This document shows positions 43,197-45,410 of a stretch of DNA of 45,410 nt, in pieces. The position numbers and the translations under genes were made by a program. The stretch comes from Patescibacteria group bacterium (GTDB taxonomy: Bacteria; Patescibacteriota; Patescibacteriia; GCA-002772895): assembly GCA_018895765.1 (NCBI GenBank), contig JAHINX010000019.1, forward strand, positions 1 through 45,410. The letters are read 5' to 3'. The notes under the pieces are model-generated. The model did not search any database. It saw only the letters and a program-made list of their open reading frames with translations, and had not been told where the DNA came from. Numbering within the stretch: position 1 is the stretch's first letter; every line of letters begins with the position of its first letter.

Positions 43197-43660
43197 TTTA
43201 GTTTACCTTTTAACTTACTGAGATTGGTATCCACTTTTTTCAGCTCGGCAATAAGCGTTTTTCTATGATATTCAAGTTCTTCTATTTTTCCGGCTATATT
43301 TTTCGCGCACTCTACTTTTAATGCCAATCTTTTCATTTTTTTCCACGCTTTTTTGTCCGGATTAGTCCGAAGTAGAGCTTTGTGCTTTAGCTTTATGGTT
43401 TTTCCATCCGGAGTAATTGCTTGTGCGTTGGCGCCACAATCTATTGATTCAACCCAGCATTTTTTAGTAATTTCGCCATTTTCGGTCAGCTTAATATCAA
43501 ATAGCCCGCCATTGCCGTGAAAAATTTCTGCGCCGGAAATTGTTTCATTGCCATCGCGGAGAACAATTTTTCCTCCTAATCTCATAAAGTTTCCTTCGCA
43601 ATCGCAGGTATAGAATAATATCTGCCATTCTGATTTTTGTGTCATCCAATCTTCCTCCAT
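43193..43660 (-). CDS. Hypothetical protein (155 aa; Cys-containing beta-rich N-domain plus C-terminal coiled coil)
   Basis: ATG 43660, or ATG 43645 preceded by GGAGGA. No family recognised. Confidence 0.5.
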   Translation of the reverse strand: MEEDWMTQKSEWQILFYTCDCEGNFMRLGGKIVLRDGNETISGAEIFHGNGGLFDIKLTENGEITKKCWVESIDCGANAQAITPDGKTIKLKHKALLRTNPDKKAWKKMKRLALKVECAKNIAGKIEELEYHRKTLIAELKKVDTNLSKLKGKLK

Positions 43661-43825
43661 TCTTCGCGCTAGCGGAGAATGCCCTTCGTAGCCTTCTTGA
43701 GGTTCGTAGCTTTACGCGAAGAACCTGGCGAAGAATGGGCCTCATTAATAGCCCAATCTTCAGTAAGCGCTTCGAATGGCACGCCTTTGCTTTACCTTAA
43801 TCCATTTTTATAAAATTTGCAAGGG

Positions 43826-43834
43826 TGGTATAAT
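43826..43834 (+). promoter_or_regulatory. Extended -10 element TGgTATAAT upstream of gap
   Basis: TATAAT at 43829-43834. No well-spaced -35 element. Confidence 0.4.
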
Positions 43835-43874
43835 TGTATAAAGTAAATTAACTATTAATTAGTTGAATAATTTT

Positions 43875-44879
43875 ATGATAAGAGTTGCGATAAATGGTTT
43901 TGGCCGGATTGGCCGAAATACTTTTAAAGCCGGTTTTGGCCGGGCTGATTTAAAAAATATAGAATGGGTTGCTGTAAACGACCTGACAGAGCCGGCGAAC
44001 CTGGCATATCTTTTAAAACACGATACGGTTTATCGTGATTATGATAAAAAAGTAAGCTATGATGACAAGCATCTAATAGTAAATGGAAAAAAAATTAGCG
44101 TTCTTGCGGAGCGTGATCCTGCAAAACTTCCCTGGAAAAAATTGAAAATCGATGTTGTTTTAGAATGCACTGGTATTTTCCGAGATAAAGAATCCGCTGG
44201 CGCGCACTTAAAAGCAGGCGCAAAAAAAGTTATTATCAGCGCGCCTTCAAAAGGCGAAGGCGTTGAAACATATCTTTTGGGAGTGAATGCAGAAAAATAC
44301 AACAAAGAACGGGTTATAGATATGGGCTCTTGCACGACAAATTGCATTGCGCCGGCAATGGCGGTTTTACAATCTGCTTTTGGTGTGGAAAAAGCGCTGA
44401 TGACAACGGTTCACGGCTATACGGCGGACCAGCGCCTGGTGGATGCGCCGCATAAAGATTACAGAAGAGGAAGAACTGCAGGAGAAAATATAATTCCCAC
44501 AACAACCGGCGCGGCAATAGCTACGACAAAAACAATTCCGGAGCTTCAGGGAAAATTTGACGGAATATCTATCCGTGTGCCGGTTTCAGCCGGTTCAATA
44601 TCGGATTTTACATGTCTTCTCAAAAAAAATGTTACGGCAGAGCAAGTGAATAACGCTTTTAAGCGGGCTGCCAAAAATCCGATTTATAAAGGCATCCTAG
44701 CCGTGACCGAGGAGCCGATTGTTTCGTCCGATATTTTAGGTAATCCATATTCTTCAATTATTGATTTGCCGTTTACAAAAGTAGTTGGCGGAAATATGGT
44801 AAAGATTTTGGCTTGGTATGATAATGAATGGGGATATTCCAATCGGCTTATAGAAATGGTGAAAGAAATACAAAAATAA
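43875..44879 (+). CDS. gap: Glyceraldehyde-3-phosphate dehydrogenase, type I
   Basis: VAINGFGRIGRN and catalytic SCTTNCIAP. ATG 43875 is preferred over TTG 43863. Confidence 0.96.
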   Translation: MIRVAINGFGRIGRNTFKAGFGRADLKNIEWVAVNDLTEPANLAYLLKHDTVYRDYDKKVSYDDKHLIVNGKKISVLAERDPAKLPWKKLKIDVVLECTGIFRDKESAGAHLKAGAKKVIISAPSKGEGVETYLLGVNAEKYNKERVIDMGSCTTNCIAPAMAVLQSAFGVEKALMTTVHGYTADQRLVDAPHKDYRRGRTAGENIIPTTTGAAIATTKTIPELQGKFDGISIRVPVSAGSISDFTCLLKKNVTAEQVNNAFKRAAKNPIYKGILAVTEEPIVSSDILGNPYSSIIDLPFTKVVGGNMVKILAWYDNEWGYSNRLIEMVKEIQK

Positions 44880-44935
44880 ATGACCAATTTCCCAAATCCC
44901 AATGACCAATGAAGGGGGGAAATGACCAATAAATT

Positions 44936-45410
44936 ATGAAAATAAGGAGCATTAAACAAGTGAAGAATTTAAAAAGAAAGCGGGTTTTAGTCCGTGTTGA
45001 TTATAATCTGCCTTTTAAAAATGGAAAACCGGATCTAAAGGAAGACCTGCGGATAAGGGCAAGTTTTGAAACAGTAAAATATTTACAAAAAAGAGGTGCT
45101 GTTATTATTTTAGTTTCTCACTTGGGAAGACCGGCAAAGCGCGAAAAATCTCTATCTCTCGCTCCGGTTGCAAAATATCTAAGTAAGAAACTTTTTCTTA
45201 AGGTTAATTTTATAAAAGATGATTTAATAAAAAAAGATATTTCCAAAAAAATCAGGCCGGGAATAAATTTTTTGGAAAATATCCGTTTTTATAAAGAAGA
45301 AGATCTGGACGATAAGCGATTTGCAGAGAAATTGGCAAAGCTGGGAGACATTTTTGTAAATGAAGCGTTTTCTGTTTCGCATAGAAATAACACATCTATT
45401 TGTTCTATAC
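44936..45410 (+). CDS. pgk: Phosphoglycerate kinase, N-terminal part; 3' end outside window
   Basis: KRKRVLVRVDYNLPF, ILVSHLGRP and FVNEAFSVSHR. It is not in the ORF track because it runs off the window. Start is ATG 44936 or GTG 44960 (AAGGAG upstream). Confidence 0.9.
   Translation, partial: MKIRSIKQVKNLKRKRVLVRVDYNLPFKNGKPDLKEDLRIRASFETVKYLQKRGAVIILVSHLGRPAKREKSLSLAPVAKYLSKKLFLKVNFIKDDLIKKDISKKIRPGINFLENIRFYKEEDLDDKRFAEKLAKLGDIFVNEAFSVSHRNNTSICSI

Noticed and set aside
43545-43745. 66-aa minus-strand ORF upstream of the 155-aa gene
   Set aside because: It overlaps the start of the real ORF and is encoded by the GC-rich palindromic leader. Its Arg-rich, low-complexity translation is best explained as structured non-coding sequence.

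Overview
AT-rich 45.4-kb chromosomal segment. Its style suggests a Patescibacteria/CPR (Parcubacteria-like) bacterium, which is an inference: compact housekeeping genes on frequently switching strands, intein-interrupted dnaE and gyrB, many K/E-rich ORFans, and mostly SD-less starts. The standard genetic code fits, because all conserved genes are intact and there are no in-frame TGA codons. Recognisable genes are listed here.
- Start of window: PEPC fragment, aspartate aminotransferase, dnaE (LAGLIDADG intein), thrS, miaB-miaA, gatB.
- A deoxypyrimidine cluster: tmk, long-form thyX, two HD-like paralogs, an APH-like kinase, a P-loop kinase and dCMP deaminase.
- secE-nusG-rplK-rplA, gyrB (HNH intein), a SEDS polymerase, rplY, a DUF3048 protein.
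- prmC-prfA-rpmE, rpsB-tsf, a RAYT/IS200-like Y1 transposase with REP hairpins, gap and a pgk fragment.

No rRNA, tRNA or CRISPR array was found. The most unusual content is non-coding.
1. More than a dozen tandem 7-nt arrays sit at gene boundaries, and every unit carries a stop triplet.
2. Several distinct palindromic repeat families are present, and some lie in frame inside miaB, miaA and prmC.
3. A MITE-like element is flanked by a 28-bp duplication.
4. A conserved TTGTGGATAAGT (DnaA-box) word and CGGAT clusters recur.
5. SD-less core genes contrast with strongly SD-bearing small ORFan genes.

All coordinates were read by eye and anchored on ORF ends. Repeat boundaries may be off by 1-2 nt.
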